A stretch of 63,931 nt of DNA, filler included, from Octopus bimaculoides (Eukaryota): assembly GCF_001194135.2 (NCBI RefSeq). It is 6 parts of 6 records of this genome, joined end to end, with 100 filler letters (N's around TTAATTAATTAA, not from the genome) between each part and the next. Parts side by side here need not be neighbours in the genome. Positions count along the whole stretch, not along the records: positions 58,017 to 61,826 come from NW_026298120.1; positions 61,927 to 63,931 come from NW_026344998.1; 4 more parts are not named here. One strand, given 5' to 3'. The notes below the pieces were generated by a model. That model searched no databases. It worked only from the letters and a program-made list of their open reading frames with translations, and was not told where the DNA came from. Positions 61,039-63,931 of this stretch are shown piece by piece. The first letter of the stretch is position 1. Each line of letters begins with the position of its first letter. Made by a program: the position numbers and the translations under genes.

Positions 61039-61124
61039 TCTGTCTGAACGTTTTTCTATCATGCTTTTCGCACCTTCAATGTCCCCGGCTTCAATTTTCT
61101 CCTTGATTCCTTTAATGTCCATGT
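61039..61124 (-). CDS. Ankyrin-repeat protein, upstream coding exon (ATG at 61122)
   Basis: ttttattcaaaag|AC ATG ... AGA|gtaagt; MDIKGIKEKIEAGDIEGAKSMIEKRSDR; the phase-0 donor joins the 59500 exon and gives an ankyrin-like helix pair. Confidence 0.72.
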
Positions 61125-61387
61125 CTTTTGAATAAAAATAAAAATAAAAAATTAAGTAAAACAGTTTTTAAAAACTTATAAAACAAGGTAAACAACAATA
61201 TACTCAAGTTGATGGTTCTCAAATCTCTCATGAAATGACAGAAATATTAAAAACTTCAGCTTATCTCAAGTATTATTTATAGCTGAACGTTCTTCTTGAC
61301 ACTAATAAACCTAACAAGAGTCATTGTGTTGTGTCTCTTGGTTAGCTACATTGCTTTGCTTATCACAGCCTGATTGGTTACAATTAA

Positions 61388-61608
61388 CCCTTTAGCATTT
61401 AAACCGGCCATATCCGATCAAAAGTATTCTGCCTATTCTATGTTCAAACTGGCCAGATCTGGTCTCTCACGCCAACCCTACAATATCGTTTTAAAAATTA
61501 ACAGCTACCTCATCAAAATCTCATAGCTACGAGGTAATGCATGATCAGTTCAAAATAATGTGGATAAAAAAGCATTAATTTTGGCAGAATAATGTGAACA
61601 CTAAAGGG
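61388..61608 (+). mobile_element. piggyBac-type MITE with TTAA duplications
   Basis: TTAA|ccctttagcatt ... aacactaaaggg|TTAA. Confidence 0.88.
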
Positions 61609-62275
61609 TTAAACCCTGAATATTGGAATGTAAAAATCTGTTGATCTGTTAGATGAAAACACTGTCTTGAGCTGAGTGGACACACTTCACATAAACTAGA
61701 AATTGATGCTAGAAAGGAAGGTAAATTTAGGAAAAATAATTAAACTATCCATCAAAAATAATGTTTGTCTAATAAATCCTTTTGTATTAGTTTTTGATTT
61801 GCTCTCATCTGATTCACTAATATTTCNNNNNNNNNNNNNNNNNNNNNNNNNNNNNNNNNNNNNNNNNNNNTTAATTAATTAANNNNNNNNNNNNNNNNNN
61901 NNNNNNNNNNNNNNNNNNNNNNNNNNATATATATATATATATACATGCATATATATATACATGTATATATATATATCTGTGTGTGTGTGTGTATTTGTGT
62001 GTGAGTGTTTATATATATTTATATATACTTATATATATGCATGTGTGTATACATACAATTTGTTCGACCAAACGCTTCAAGTCTGTGTTGCAGCATGGCC
62101 GCAATGCAATGCCTGAAACAAGTAGCAAAGAGAGAAGAGAGGATAAATCGTATAAGCAGGGAATCGTATTAGCAGTGAATCGTATTAGCAGTGTGTATCT
62201 GTTGGAATTGAACTGTTTTTAGCCGTGCTTAATTAACACTTTGACGTAGCGTTTCCATTATTTTACTGCCTCTTT

Positions 62276-62790
62276 AGGCGGCGAGCTGGTGGAAACGTTA
62301 GCACGCCAGGCAAAATGCTTAGCGCTATTTCGCCTGTCTTCACGTTGTGGGTTCAAGTTCCGCCGAGGTCGACTTTGTCTTTCACCCTTTCGGGTTCGAT
62401 AAATTAAGTACCAGTTGCGTCCAGGGGTCGATCTAATTGACTAGACCCCTCTCCCCAAAATTTCGGGTCGATTAAATAAGTACCAGCTACGCACTGGGGT
62501 CGATGTAATCAACTTAATCCGTTTGTCTATCTTTGTTTGTCCCCTCTGTGTAGCCCCTTGTAGGCAATAAAGAAATATTTCTCTATTCAAAGGCGGTGAG
62601 CTAGTGGTACGCTAGAACGCCGAGCGAAATTCTTAGTGGCATTCCATCTGTTTTTATGTTCTGAGTTCGAATTCTGCTGGGGTCGACTTTGCCTTTTAAC
62701 TTTCGGGGCCGATAAATTAAGTACGACATGCGTACTGGGGTCGATCTAATTGACTTGACCCGAAAATTTCGGACCTTATGCCTAGAGAGA
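62276..62790 (+). mobile_element. Three abutting S1 SINE units (two tail variants)
   Basis: Full copy 62276-62467, core plus alternative tail to about 62580, third copy 62590-62790. Confidence 0.8.
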
Positions 62791-63081
62791 GACGATTTAA
62801 TTTGCCGCGTCTTCATGTGTTAAACTTAGAACGTATCTCCATGAAATTCGTTTGGACACAAAGACAAACGAAAGACAGCAGCTTTATTTGCGCATTATCT
62901 TCTTGTTTTACGAAAAATATTAAGACAATTGCAAGCAACCTTCCTTTCACACAGACACGCTGACTCTCACAGTGGCACACGTAAACACGCTCTCTCACAT
63001 TTGTACATTACACAAAACTCACATATTCACTCATATACACATACATGCATACCCATGCTTATACACACAATATATAAACAT

Positions 63082-63450
63082 GAGTGGCTGTGTGGTAAAT
63101 AGCTTGCTTACCAACCACATGGTTCCGGGTTCAGTCCCACTGCGTGGCATCTTGGGCAAGTGTCTTCTACTATAGCCTCGGACCGACCAAAGCCTTGTGA
63201 GTGGATTTGGTAGACGGAAACTGAAAGAAGCCCGTCGTATATATGTATGTATATATGTGTGTTTTTGTGTTTGTCCACCTAGCATTGCTTGACAACCGAT
63301 GCTGGTGTGTTTACGTCCCCATAACTTAGCGGTTCGGCAAAAGACACCGATAGAATAAATACTAGGCTTACAAAGAATAAGTCCTGGGGTCGATTTGCTC
63401 GACTAAAGGCAGTGCTCCAGCATGGCCGCAGTCAAATGACTGAAACAAGT
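63082..63450 (+). mobile_element. SINE S2, near full length
   Basis: gagtggctgtgtggtaaatagcttgc head through cagcatggccgcagtcaaatgactgaaacaagt at the gap. Confidence 0.88.
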
Positions 63451-63931
63451 NNNNNNNNNNNNNNNNNNNNNNNNNNNNNNNNNNNNNNNNNNTGCATCTA
63501 TTCTTGTAGAATCTTCAGAATAGATGCAAGTGCTACAAGAATAGATGCAAGCGCTAATTTATAAAAACATGTGACATATTAATAAAAATCTGTAAATGTA
63601 AAACCATCCAGATATCTGAGTACCTTATTATTCTTTTCTAATATATATATATATATGTATATATAATGTATGTATATGTATAATTGTTAAAGAGGGCAAC
63701 AGACATTAAGGTAAGGCAAGCATCTCAAGTCTTATACATTATTATTACTGGAAAATATTCAAAGTCTTACAGCTGTTTCTGAGATTCCCATAGTATAGAA
63801 TATTCCTTCATCGGAGACAAGTAGGGAAAACAAGAAGGGAATACATTAATGAAATAACGACATAGAGGACCAGTGTAAAGATGAAGAAAGACTATATATA
63901 TTATACATATATATATATATATATATATATA

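Noticed and set aside
63493-63550. Short inverted/direct repeat tgcatctattct...agaatagatgca
   Set aside because: Begins at a gap edge, consistent with a read-end or assembly artefact.

Overview
AT-rich, microsatellite- and SINE-dense animal genomic DNA with many assembly gaps. The repeat style and gene content suggest a coleoid cephalopod, probably Octopus (inference). The main feature is a minus-strand carboxypeptidase D (CPD, M14B family) gene. I assembled 24 in-frame GT-AG exons between 21380 and 2 (4071 nt, 1356 aa plus stop). They encode the tail of repeat I, an intact catalytic repeat II, two catalytically dead repeats (III, IV), a TM helix and a cytosolic tail, so the protein has at least four repeats. 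I could not find the N-terminal or catalytic exons of repeat I in the window. A second minus-strand gene is represented by two ankyrin-repeat exons (61124-61039 and 59500-59349). The rest is transposable-element debris: several tRNA-derived SINE families, RTE, CR1/L2-type and CRE-type LINE 3' ends, Tc1/mariner, hAT, piggyBac-type and Helentron-type elements, and mini- and microsatellites. The most notable non-coding observations are a Penelope-type minimal hammerhead ribozyme in sense orientation in the CPD intron preceding the TM exons, a 12-copy tandem array of a SINE Pol III A-box segment, a CRE-type restriction-like endonuclease ORF, and a pre-miRNA-sized hairpin. I see no prokaryotic systems or CRISPR arrays, and no clearly new multi-gene system. 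All calls were made by eye without database searches.
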